Source of the DNA: Balanoglossus misakiensis
Lineage: Eukaryota; Animalia; Hemichordata
DNA length: 64,000 bases
Direction: 5' to 3'
NCBI GenBank assembly: GCA_040954595.2
Contig: CM082578.2
Span: 5,004,831-5,068,830 of the forward strand
Positions 12,301 to 24,800 of this stretch are shown here, piece by piece (position 1 is the first letter of the stretch; each line of letters starts with the position of its first letter). The notes under the pieces are model-generated. The model was given only the letters and a program-made list of their open reading frames with translations. It was not told the DNA's origin and searched no databases. Position numbers and translations under genes: made by a program.

Positions 12301-14724
12301 TGAATAGTGTTACCGTACGGCGTGGGGATGGTGTCTAGTACTTACTGAGGAAACATGTAAATCATTACTGGGTCAGTGATACTGTTTGTGGGAGAAGGCG
12401 ATGACCAATTGAAAGATTAGACGAGAACAAATTGCCGAGAGAACTATTCTGCACACAACCACAAGACATATTAACACATGGTTGCTGTTGTGCGCTACTG
12501 GTTGTGTTGTGTTTGACACAGGTGAACCGTTCAAAACATGTGACGTTTACGGATCTGTGAGCGTTTTACGGATCTGATAGCGTGCTGATAACCTGTATGG
12601 TTTGACCAACGCTTGTCATACCGAAGAATTCAAGATACAAATCTGATTGCACCAAATCGACCTTTGGTCACGGTGACGTGTTTGTACTTTACGAGTTCGC
12701 CAACTTTACGGGTATGGTATTTATACATGGCATTTTTCTGTGCGGAACGTTTCAGCGTATATCACTCCAGCAAGACCGTTTTTAGCAACTTCTCACCGAA
12801 CAACCGAAGCGTAATACCCAACACAACACCAATCACACACAGCGGGGCTTGAACCGGGTCATCTCATTTCCTCTGTACGTTCCGCTGGGCAACGCGTGGA
12901 AATCCTTTCCCTATGACGTCACCCAAACGGAAGACAAACAGCAGACGATAAGGAATTTTGACAAAGGTCCACTACGCGGCGATTCTTGTGTAATATCACG
13001 ACAGTATTGCCACATACAAAGAAGACCTCTGACGAAAGTTGTTCTCACGACAGTCCATTTGATAACTGTAGTCTCAAAGGTAAGTCAAAGAACATACACT
13101 CTGACCGTCCTTCTTCTGTGTAAGAACTCTCGACTTTGACAAATGTCTGTAATTTTATACTAGAGCGCACACAGGCCTCGTAGGGATCGCTCGTCCTAAT
13201 TTCGGTAGGCACAGTTCTGTTATTTTCTTACGTAGACAAGATTAGTTCGACAGTTCATGGCCACGCACATAGTGACCCGCCGGCGCTCATGATTTTATAT
13301 GTCGGCGCTGGGGTAATAGAGAAACTATGACGCGGACGAATTTATACAGCTGTTCTGCATTTTCTGCTTATATATGTGTTACTATCAATCTTGTGAATCT
13401 GTTCCCTTTTACGTCATCCTAGCATACTAAAACCTGTATTCTATTACATTGTATGTAAATGAAACATCTTCCGTGACAAGATGCAAATGTAAGAAATGGT
13501 GCTAAAACTACGGGGTTTTGAAACAGGTGAGAACAAGTTACTGCACAGATTCTAACCACTAGTTAAAATGCGCCGACTGTGATAAAAAACGGGCGTAATA
13601 CTAGTGAGTAGTAACGTTAACATACACTCGACAAGGGCAACATGTAATGTAGTGAGATTTACAGTTCAGCAGTCTAGATGTGTCGTCAGCAAGCCCGTTA
13701 ATGTTTACACATCTGCTAGTGTCGTGAGTGTACATGCTCGCATGTACCATAAATAACAGTGGCCGCCTTCTTTGCATGGCCTCTTCCCATTTGAAATGGG
13801 AAAGTGTATATATCATATACATGTAGAATGCCAACGAACCCCTTTTCTTCAATTGATATGTCTGGTCTCGTTCAAAACCTGTCGTACGATTGCACCGAAC
13901 CGAGACTTCGCGGTATCCCTTCTGGCGATGCAATGCACTGCTGTAAACATGTCACGTCTAATACTACATTCCGATAAATGCTACTTCAGTAGAAATCATC
14001 TGATACTATATGCAACGCTGCACTATGATGAAAGTAATATGCGCCACGGTGGCAGTTGAAAAATCTCGAGAATTATATCTTGACAGGAGAAAGGTCAAGC
14101 GAGTCTCACGAGATTGCTCTGAAACGGGAACGGCATGCATGTTTTAGACGTCCCCGTCTGAGTCTTTGCCTACGCATGCTCAAGAGCTCGCGCGCAGTAA
14201 CCCTAGTTCCCAAGCACACAGAGTGAACAAAGGTAATTTAAAGCGTGGGTGTGGGGAGAAGTGGAGCTCGAAAAATGAAGTTCTAAATGAGGTTCCGTTA
14301 TTACAATCGTAGGGCTTTCCCCAATTACAAAGCGCACAAAGTCGTTCCCTGAAGATCTATTCCAAGATATAAAAATGTCTGCAGAGCGAGAGAAATGCCC
14401 CTTCTTGCAATCTGCCCACGATTTGACTAAATACCTACATGGTGTTTCTAGATAATTTTGCAATTGTCTTCTTTTTCCAAATGTGGCTGCTGTAGAATAA
14501 GCTATTTTCACAAACGCAACTCACGCATTAGAGTTATACGGCCGGTCACCTCTAAATTACATAACCTATATATGGTCAAATAGGTGCGTCTACTAGGGTT
14601 CAAATGACCATGTTGTGGCGCACCTTTTTTTCGTGCGCCTCCAACAGTAACGAACAAGTCCTCTGGTGACGTATACTATTTACATTGTGATGTGCATATT
14701 GGGAAAATGATTTGGACACATAAC

Positions 14725-14744
14725 TGTTGTTGTTGTTGTTGTTT

Positions 14745-14803
<59 letters not shown>

Positions 14804-14804
14804 A

Positions 14805-14855
<51 letters not shown>
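14725..14855. repeat. compound (GTT)n(GAT)n microsatellite
   Basis: Directly visible. Confidence 0.97.
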
Positions 14856-16699
14856 TGTAACAGAGTGTAGAAATCACATATTGCTATAATTCGGATTAAT
14901 GAACGAAAGGGCAATTTCGAAGATACAATATTGCATTGAATACACTTGTATAATCATGAATAACAAGAATCGTGTTTTTTTTCTAAATGTATCATGTGTT
15001 AAGGGCATGTAATTATGGCCAATTCTACAATACAGCCAAAATATTATAACATTAATCATACTGTGTCTGCCTTTGGCACAGCGGTTTCGCATGAAAGTGG
15101 CATAAATTCGACTTAAACCACAAATTCAGTTGATTCAATTCATGATTTAGTAAAACTGTCGGATATTTTGCTTACTGAAATATTTGCGCTGCATGTATAT
15201 TCAGTACACAAAACGATCCGTCGCTCAGAAGGCGCTTCCGTTGAGAGCGCCTCGGGCGTCCGGAAATTCAGACCCATGTCTTGCACACACACACAAAAAC
15301 TATCAACTTTCCTGACTTTGTGTAATGTACATCGTACAAGGGGCAATATTATTTACGCTGTCGGACACGATTTAGTGTATATAATGTAGCCATTATGAAA
15401 ATGTCAAATTTTTGAACGTTGTAATTCTGCCAACGGAATTGATTATGCAGGCCAGAGGCCACACCGCACCCGCAAAATCTAATAGTGCCCAAACAAAGTG
15501 GTACATTACCCAGGTTGGACTTCAATATCGCTCCCATTGAGAGACAGGCAAATAATAACAGCGCATCAATATGGGCTGTCATTTGACAATGTGGCAGTTA
15601 AAACTTACTCTCACACAGGTTATTTCACGTTGTCCTGCACACACACACAGAAATCCCACAAAATCGACCGTGGCGGCCTTGGTCGTTTGTAGGAGGGGAA
15701 AATGCTAGAGAATATGATTTATACGGTAATCGCTGTCGCAAAAGCGAACTGACTGCATACACATTCGTTGGTTGATTCGTCAGCTAAGTTTAGTGAGGAG
15801 ATTTAATGCGTACCTCATTGAATTTAACACGTTCAACCACAACACTCATTAATTTCCTGCGGAGTTTAGCAGTGAAGTCACTTACGCCTTCTCGGGAGAT
15901 CGCGTCACGACCCTCGACAAACGTGAAACGATTCCATAAAAAGATCATAAATGCCCATGCTCATCCTATAAACGAATGTGAACAGTAGTTTGAAATTATG
16001 TCTCGATAGAGGTCAAACTTGCTTTGGTATTAACAAGGGCGGGGAAACATTCTCCCTGCAGCTAATGAAACTGAATGAAACTGCCCCATATTAAACCAGA
16101 CTACACGTTTTGTCAAGTAAGAGATTAATTTTTACTCGTGATGTATATTTTTTTATTTGTCCTTACATTTATGAGCAAGTAAAGGCAAACCGAGAAACCG
16201 GTGGCATTTTGGCAGAATTGCTTTGGCATTTATAGTCTACGGACGCCGGTCTTCCAGTCCCAGTGCGTCTTACGAGAAAAGGTTGTTGACACATCGACAG
16301 AACGCAACTCATGCGCATGCGGTGAGTCAACAAAATGAAGCATATTGACCGCCAAACACAGGATCCTCTTTTCAGTAAACTCTCCGTCTGTACGAGTTCC
16401 TTGCTTGGAAAGTCAATAAGCTTGTGATGTCAAATTAAACATTTGCATTTCACAGAACATTTCACCGAACAAGACTGTCTGTTGATCATCTATTGAACCA
16501 CCAAAATAGTAGCAGTTGCAATGAATTTTTCACACTTTTAGTCGTGCCTCTTGTACTTTGTTTGGCCTCGTTTACGAGTTTAACTAAACTTTAAATTTTG
16601 CCTCGACTTCAATATAGATTGAGTTTGCAAAGTAAACGTACATGTATGGAGACTTGCACATGATCTCGATTGCGTATTTATTTTCATTTTTTTTGTGCC

Positions 16700-16930
16700 A
16701 ATTCATTCATTCATTCATTCATTCATTCATTCATTATTTCATTATTTCTTTTATTCATTCGATCGTTTATTCGTTCGTTCATTCATTCCTTCATTCATTT
16801 ATTCGTTCGTTTTTTCACGGTTCATTCATCCATCCATCCATCCATCCATCCATTCATTCATTCATTCATTCATTCATTCATTCATTCATTCATTCATTCA
16901 TTCATTCATTCATTCATTCATTCATTCATT
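16700..16930. repeat. degenerate (TTCA)n/(TCCA)n tetranucleotide microsatellite
   Basis: Directly visible. Confidence 0.95.
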
Positions 16931-19395
16931 ACTAACATATCTAAGCTTGTAATTTTCGAACTCTCGGTATACTGGCAATGGCCTTGGAATGAAAACTCAA
17001 ACAAAGCCCAACCACTGTGCAAATTGAGAGAACAAACAGTCAGCCCAAGACAGTTAAACAGACATTTTGAACATCGATCACTGATACACAGAGAGACGGG
17101 CATGAATGAACTCCACAGAAAGAACACGTCGGTGATTAAAATTAAACAGTGCCTCTGCTCGTCCCGCTTACGGCTTGATGCGATTACCACGGAACGTACA
17201 CAAAGAGTTTGAAAATAAAACCACCGTCCTTCCTTGACAACCTGAAATGCGTGATACGCCAGGGAATTCGGCTTACGGGAAATAATCGGGGGAAAACTGC
17301 ATTCATTTTCAAATCAATATAATGAATCGGAGTCTGTGAATAGGTTGGATAGCGTGGCCACACAGAAGATGCATGTGACACGCAGTCAAACACAAAGAAA
17401 AACTGAACATAATAGCCACTGCCCATTAGCCAATAATCATGCTGCCGCTGAAAGAGAATATTTGCAATTAAAGCAAATCCCCATTTATGCCATTGTCCAC
17501 CCACTGTAGCGTCCGTGTTTATTTTCTTGTTTAATTTAATTTCACGCACTCCGGAGTGGTCAAAGTATATGCGCTAATTCCGCCGACCCAGACAATGCGA
17601 GGTCGCCATTGGAATGCTGAGTTGCTCGCCTGTGAAGCTCTCAGGGTTCACGTGAGGACATGTCGGGCGGGCGGGCTTGCCAGATGTTGACGAAATGAAT
17701 CACGCAAAGTTCGGCTGTTTGCCTGTTGTCTTGTTTATTTCAATGTGAGCATATCATAATTGTATTGCGAATGGAACCAGCAAAGATCGCATGATAAGTT
17801 TACATTTGTATCATGGGATAATCCCATGGTGCTATTACTTTCGAGAAGTTTCGATACTGCTAAGAAGTCGCCAAGTCGCCAGTGATCACATTGTAGTTGT
17901 CTGGGGCCACGTACACCACTAACTGCCAAACCTAGATTATAAGTTTAAATGGTTCTCCAAATACATGATTTTTTACTGACCTTTAACCTCGATCTTTACA
18001 TATAAGACTTGTACATACTTATTTTCACAGCGCTGTTTCACCAGAATTTATCACTTTGGGAGGATGTCCGCTTTAAATTGGCATTTTGCGGCACATGAGA
18101 TCGAGTCTACCATTTTGCATATTATCGCTAAATTGTCGTGAACGCCTGGTGCGATTTGTATTTCATTAGATTCTTAATTATAGTCCTTATTTCATGTTAG
18201 TGGGACGAATTCGAAATCCGGTTTAGATTCTGTTTGTGGCCGCTTCATTCGCTGTCTGCTAGTTCATCTTTGCGGTGTTTAACCAAGTGGATTTTTCGTG
18301 CTGTGGTCGTATCTTTGCACCCTCCCATAAATTTGTCCTTCATGAGTTTTGTCTTTGCCGGGGATGAAGTGAAATGTGTAATTGTATACACAGCTTCACA
18401 CGCTGGTTTTGTTTGCAGACTTACGTGCTATTAATATTTCACTACTATCAAAATGGGGGTTGGGCCTAGTGGCGACCTCAACATGTGTTAGAAGTCAACC
18501 ATGCGCACATGGCAGGCTGACACGACGTGGAATATTGCAGTGACGTGAGATGGCATTTGAAGCATGGTCGACTGACTGCATCCATCAGATCTGGATTCAG
18601 GTTACAGCATATTGAAAGACTTTCAATGAAAAAGGCGTCCGTGCGTTCAGATTCAATAAGTCAATGATATTCTGGCATACCTTTAAATTTTCAAAATTAT
18701 TTGATATAAACGCAAGTGCACCCAAAATATACATAATATCTTTTAATCTATTCGGTACACTAGCCCCTATTATTTGTTTGACTTTTCGATTACCCATCTC
18801 TCAAGGAGCTGAAAAATACAACCAAGGCCCATCAGTGCAGACCTTCTGCAAGCCGCACACATGTAGAGTGAAGAACGCGACCTATCAGTTTTTTTTATGA
18901 CAGCCGTGTGAATCTTGGGAAGACTGAGTAAAGAAAGCCAAGATTGTGAGTTTTAGAGGTATTAAAGGTAGAAAGGTCCGTCTAACAGAGTTTGGAGAAT
19001 TTCATTTACGAACAAAGCAACCGTACTATTTGTTATTCTTTTCAATAAGAACCCCACTCTTTTGTCTTTCGCAACATATTTTGCTAACATTGTCCCTTGA
19101 ATGTGGAGAGCACAGGGCTTGTGTGTCAGTGGTCATACCGGCTACTTCAAACCACTATCTCTTTTCACTCTGTCCAAACTTGAGGAAATATCCAGAAACC
19201 AACGACTGACAGCGAGACGGATTATGTTATGCTGCAGATTTTATTATCATAGCATGCTTGTTTGATCAGTTCCGAGATGCGACCTGATCGTTACATGTCA
19301 GCGCTGAAATTCACAATATCTAACATAACCCACCACCAATAGTTTCAAATTTTTTAAGCAACTGCGGTTCATCGTTGTCTTCACATGGCGTCAAT

Positions 19396-21072
19396 CTAAT
19401 GACATGTAGGCATTGCAGCATCTGAAAGATATACAATAATTCGTGACAAAACTGTGCGAAGTGTCCAAATTGCATGTATGGGTGCTACACTACTCGCATA
19501 TTTTATATAAAATTTAAATGACTATCCTGTGTCATTCAAAGTGTTAAAAAACAACATAAAGTGTCATACAGCGTTGGTATTTGTCATATTCAAGCAAATA
19601 CGGTAAAGTTTAGCTTAACTTAAAAATTTCTTCTTCGAACAATTCTTTAAAACAATCTTACCGCAGTCTCCATTGAGTACGCTCACATTGTCGCTTATGG
19701 TCACGCAGCTCTCACTGTCAACCCACGAAAAAACATCACCTTCTACTTCTAAACCACTTGATCTATCACAGTTGTTACAGATATCTGACTGCACGTCATA
19801 GCCGTATGCTCTTTGGAACAGATGAAATCTGGTGAGTTTTCCGACAAATGCTTGTTTTTCTTTCTGGGAGAGATAACCCTGGATATCTTGATCCTGTCCC
19901 AAGAAGAGACACCCCCCTCCTGGAATGGTCTTACCTGTCGCCAGACCAGTGCCATCTCCGGCTATGGCAGCATCAACAGTTATCATATAGTCTCCCTTCA
20001 CGCTAGACCACGAGGCACACACGTGGTGCCAATTCGAATCAGCCAGGTTCATATATTCGCGTGAATGCACCTCGTCATCCATGATGTGTAATTTCAATGA
20101 TCTGCCAGATTGGTCGTGTCGAAGAAAGATGTCATTGCAATACTGGGCTCCACTGCCGCAGTAGGAATACAAGGTTGACTCTGGTTGCTCCGCCGAGTTT
20201 GTTTTCTGCCAAATACACGCAGTCATCTCACTCATGTCAGGAACGTTTACATTCACTCTAATCTCTGTATTTTTATCGCACGTGTAGAGTGTTTTGCCGG
20301 CAGCTGGAGAGAGAGGGGAGAGAGAGAGGGAGAGAGAGAGGGAGTTTAAACTTTGCTAAGTCATAACACGAGAGCTAAATTTCGCAGACAGATTTGACGA
20401 CACATTATTCGTTCCTGATATTAAACCGTTTTTCGTCAGCGTTTTTCTGTTGCGTTGTGGAATCGCACCCCGGACATTGAATTACTTCATACTCAACGCG
20501 CGTTAGATGTTTTTTGTTCATCTAAACGCTGTCATGAACATAACGATTTTTGTCATTTAACTTTCTATATAGTACAACCACGTACAATTAGCGATTTTAT
20601 TTAGCCACAAAGACATCTTTACCATGGTAAATAGTGCTCTTGAAGAACATTTTAGAATTATCGGCATTGTTATAGACACCACAGTTACCGTATGACAGTA
20701 CTGCATAGGAGACATCGTACAGCTTCGTGAACATTTATCCTTATTTAAATTTTCAATATAATTTTTATCAAAACACAGAACACTTTTACATGTTATATTC
20801 AGTAGATTTTTGTATACTTACTATGCACGATGCTCACAGTATATCTCTTCATAAGATTGTCGGATACCGCAGCGCCATCTAGTGTACACAACTGGGAAAG
20901 AGAAATAAAGCGTAAATCTAGACCCTCAGCAAGTCACACAAACTGGGCTAGACAAAATGTAATAACATATCAAGTTGAAGTGAACGTTTGGTGGGGAAAA
21001 GAACAGAAACGTTCAACCTACCTGGCAGACTGCAACTGCAATCAGGACCACAGCTTTCAACACAATAGCCAT
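19396..21072 (-). CDS. secreted short pentraxin (CRP/SAP-like), ~288 aa, 5 exons
   Basis: Exons 21072-21022 (MAIVLKAVVLIAVAVCQ), 20891-20822 (LCTLDGAAVSDNLMKR...), 20700-20623, 20303-19662 (pentraxin domain) and 19421-19396 (DAAMPTCH*). All GT-AG and phase-compatible, 867 nt. Pentraxin signature HxCxS/TWxS = HVCASWSS; Ca-binding LGQDQD; also MTACIW and AFVGKL. The 78-nt exon 3 is symmetric and could be skipped. Confidence 0.9.
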
Positions 21073-21100
21073 CGTTCTTCGTTTTCGCTGGATTGATGAT

Positions 21101-21160
21101 CTCAGGAAGAGCAACCAGTGAATGACTGTAAATGTTGCGTTCACCGGTCGCCTTTTATGC
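21101..21160 (-). promoter_or_regulatory. core promoter of pentraxin gene (CATAAAAG box and TCATTC initiator-like site)
   Basis: Minus-strand CATAAAAG (21159-21152) lies ~30 nt upstream of TCATTC and ~85 nt upstream of the ATG. Confidence 0.55.
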
Positions 21161-21527
21161 AAGTTTTCTGTTGCTGATTCAACAGAATTTTAATTGTTTT
21201 TTTCTGTACATGTACCTAAATTTAGAACGGTGAATTCAATCTCTATGTTATGCAAATGAGGATGGGAAATGACTACTGCCCACATTGTCACGTGATTTCT
21301 TATCTATTTTCAGACAAAATTTTAAGAAAGATGTCCATCGGGAGCCATAGAGAATCACATGCTTAAGTGAAATATCTTATTCTTTTGCAAGCATTGACAT
21401 GATTGCAATCAAAGCAAAGGCGCTAGGTTCCCGCGTGCAGGACTGGTATTTATCATGGATTACAATGTTCCTTGGAACGATTAGGGTTTCCTTACATTAC
21501 TTGTACATTATATTCGGGTAACACTTG

Positions 21528-21872
21528 TACATACATACATACATACATACATACATACATACATACGTACGTACGTACGTACGTACGTACGTACGTACGT
21601 ACGTACATACATACATACATACATACATACATACATACATACATACATACATACATACATACATACATGTACATACATACATACATACATACATACATAC
21701 ATACATACATACATACATACATACATACATACATACATACATACATACATACATACATACATACATACATACATACATACATACATACATACATACATAC
21801 ATACATACATACATACATACATACATACATACATACATACATACATACATACATACATACATACATACACAC
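21528..21872. repeat. (TACA)n microsatellite with internal (TACG)n block
   Basis: Directly visible, ~370 bp upstream of the pentraxin promoter. Confidence 0.98.
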
Positions 21873-24800
21873 ATAGTCAATATAACATACATGTACATGT
21901 ATAGATCAAAGACAGTACAAGACTAAAAGTATAGAGTCAGAGAGGCGAATTGTTACCAGTCTCAGAACATACCTACATGTACATGTAAAAGCACAAAAAT
22001 ATTATCACTAAGCAGTCTGTTTTGTCGTGCCTTTACTATAGTAATACCCACTATAGCCTCTTTGTTAAATCAGCAACGGCAGATTTAAATGGTTTATGCC
22101 GTTGCCTGAAAATGTTACATCTGTTTAACCCTGTCTACTTTATAACGTCTTTATAACATTGAGATCAGCGGCAGACTGAACTGCTCCGGTTAACGGCAAG
22201 TGAGGGACACTCCATGTTGTCATATTGAGCGACGTGGGAGAATTTACACCGATATCCCCGTGTTAATGATGTCAACTGGTAGAATGTGCATCGCTCATTC
22301 ATTTCAGTGGAGGAAAATATCCAGGCATTGAATTTACAGTACAGTGACAGTGAAACAAACTATCTTCTTAAAACTGATGGCATCTCCCCGGGGAAACGTG
22401 GGCTGACGTGGTGATGTAGACGCCATAAGGCAATGAGAAGTCTGGGTCCACCTGTGTGGTGCGGAACAGAAGCATGGTTTTAATGAGAGAAAAAAACTTG
22501 CTTTAGGCCTTACCGCTTGTCTCTACAACCTTTCTTCCGCTTGTGTCTTTTTCGGGGAGGATGAAAATCCGAACTCTTAAAAGGAGACATAATTAACCTT
22601 TCATACAGACCCATGATGGTTCAAATAGCTTTGTTTTGATTTTGCCCGTGTCAGGTGTGTCAAATACTTTTGTTTTTTAACCCACTTTGTCTGGAAATCA
22701 AAACAATATTATCTATACATAGGCCTACATGTATTTCTGGTGAAAGATTAAATGCGTGATTTTCTCCCACGATCATGGGGCGACACTGACGCTACATTTT
22801 TCGGGCAAAGAACTCGAAACGGAATGTACAATGTCTATTTACAGTGTATTGTTTTGTGTTTTTACGAGTCATACAGCATGATCCAAGCCGTCCATAATAG
22901 GTCCTGTCAAGTGCGCCCAATGTTTGTGTCGCATGGATACTTGTGGACTCAGCACCTAGTCACCATCAGTGTTAAGCCCTCTAACAGACGGACAATAACA
23001 GAATCATTAGATGAACACATTAATCTGTAATTAATCCTATTAATCTTCTGTGGCCCTGAGAAAACACAGTACCGAGAAAGCTTTTCAGAAGCGAAATGCA
23101 TACATGTCTATTGAACGGCCTTCTTTAAAACCGAAAGGGTGGGTCACCTTTGATAGAAGATGCGTCCATGCGTCCAATTGTCGTACAGCTTTGAAAAAGA
23201 CGCGGTCGTTGCATTAGGGCGTTAGTTTATTAGTATCATCAGTACTAGTATTGTCACCATGGCACAATTTGTGACCTTGACCAGCGGATATGAAGTGATT
23301 TCCATCATGTGAGGAAGTAAATGGCCATGCGCACGGATAGGCGAAAACAGAACAGAGGAGAACTGCACACAAACAAGCGATGGTGCGCTTTCTCTCGGCG
23401 TTTTGAAGAAATACCCAATTGATCCTGCAGCTGCAAGTAGAAAGGATTCACTTGCATTGTTAGTGAGCCTTGGGATGTATTTCTGGTTTTATATACCTGT
23501 ATGTATAGTGATGGTTTAATGCCACGCGCTGAATGGCTGGATTGATTATCGTCAAGAATACTTTACATGTTCATCGTTAACTAAAGCGTATCTATCTTCG
23601 CAGAATTGGTTCCAAGAGTTCACGGCGAAGATGAACCTGAGAAGATCCATCTTTCGTCAACCCCTTCATTGTCAATGGCTCTTTTACGTATTGATCTGGA
23701 ACTTAACGGAGCTGTGTCATAGCCAAGGTAACGCATTCATTTTAACCCTTCCTTTGTGTTGATAAAACTTGCCAGATACGCGATTTTTTGACTGATGAGT
23801 ACCGAACGAGTTTTAAGGAGTTAACTGTATCTGCTATTTATATGGCAATCGTTGCGGGATTTTCTCCCAGTAAGATCTCGCGCACAGTCTGAGCTTATTC
23901 AGAAGAGGCGCATGCAGAGTCGATGGGCGACAGATGAGAACATTAATTGCGATTTAGCCTCTGACCAACCCTGATTTGTCCTTTTGTATTTCCCTTGGCA
24001 ATAAGAATCGATGAGGGCGGAATTGACTGTTATCGAATGTGGACGTGGTTGGGTATTATAACCCGTGGACAACGCTTGAAGTCAGCATCCGATGACAGTT
24101 ATAATAAGAACCCCTCCTTCATTTGCATTCATTGGCGCGTTCCTTGTGTGATCAGGTCTGTGCAAGCAGTCATTGACACCATGCATCTCAATTTTCCGCG
24201 TGGACAAGACTAACACGGGGCGTCAAGCAACAAATTAACAGGAGTTCATTGATCTTGCAATATCTCAACAACTCATTACTGTTCACAATTAGAATGAACA
24301 ACCCTGGGCGTGTCGTTATCTTCACTTCATTAGTGCCAATCAAAGGAAAGTGAAATATTGTGGGTTTTCTTTCCGTACATTCGTTCAGCACTGAATGATG
24401 ATGATCAGAAGTGACTGTATTCCCCTATCATTTAATCTAAATCACGATGTCCAGTGAGACATACACGCATGTGACCTGTAATAGTTTAATGATTACAATA
24501 TAAAACTGGCGTGGAGACACTTAGCAATGTGTTTCACCAGAGAATTCGAGCAACGATTTTAAGATCGCCGTTGGGTGTATGCTTATCATAACGGTGACGT
24601 AGATGTAGGTGATAATGTTTACATTAACGGTGACGGCGACGATGATGGTGGTGGGGGGAGTGGGATTGGGTTGGGAGGATGATATAGTTTTATGTGTGCG
24701 TGTCTGCTTATAATTGTAATCATCGCTGGGTTTAGTCCTATCGTAAATTAGTATTTACGGCAGGTACTGTACTGCATGTATAACACTGTCGCGTGTAATA

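Noticed and set aside
2400-19300. Numerous 60-180 aa ORFs and isolated exon-like segments (e.g. 6041-6090, 3276-3414)
   Set aside because: No recognisable motifs and no phase-consistent exon chain could be built.
22070-22110. Hairpin TCAGCAACGGCA...TGCCGTTGCCTGA as a pre-miRNA
   Set aside because: The stem of ~12 bp is too short for a miRNA precursor.
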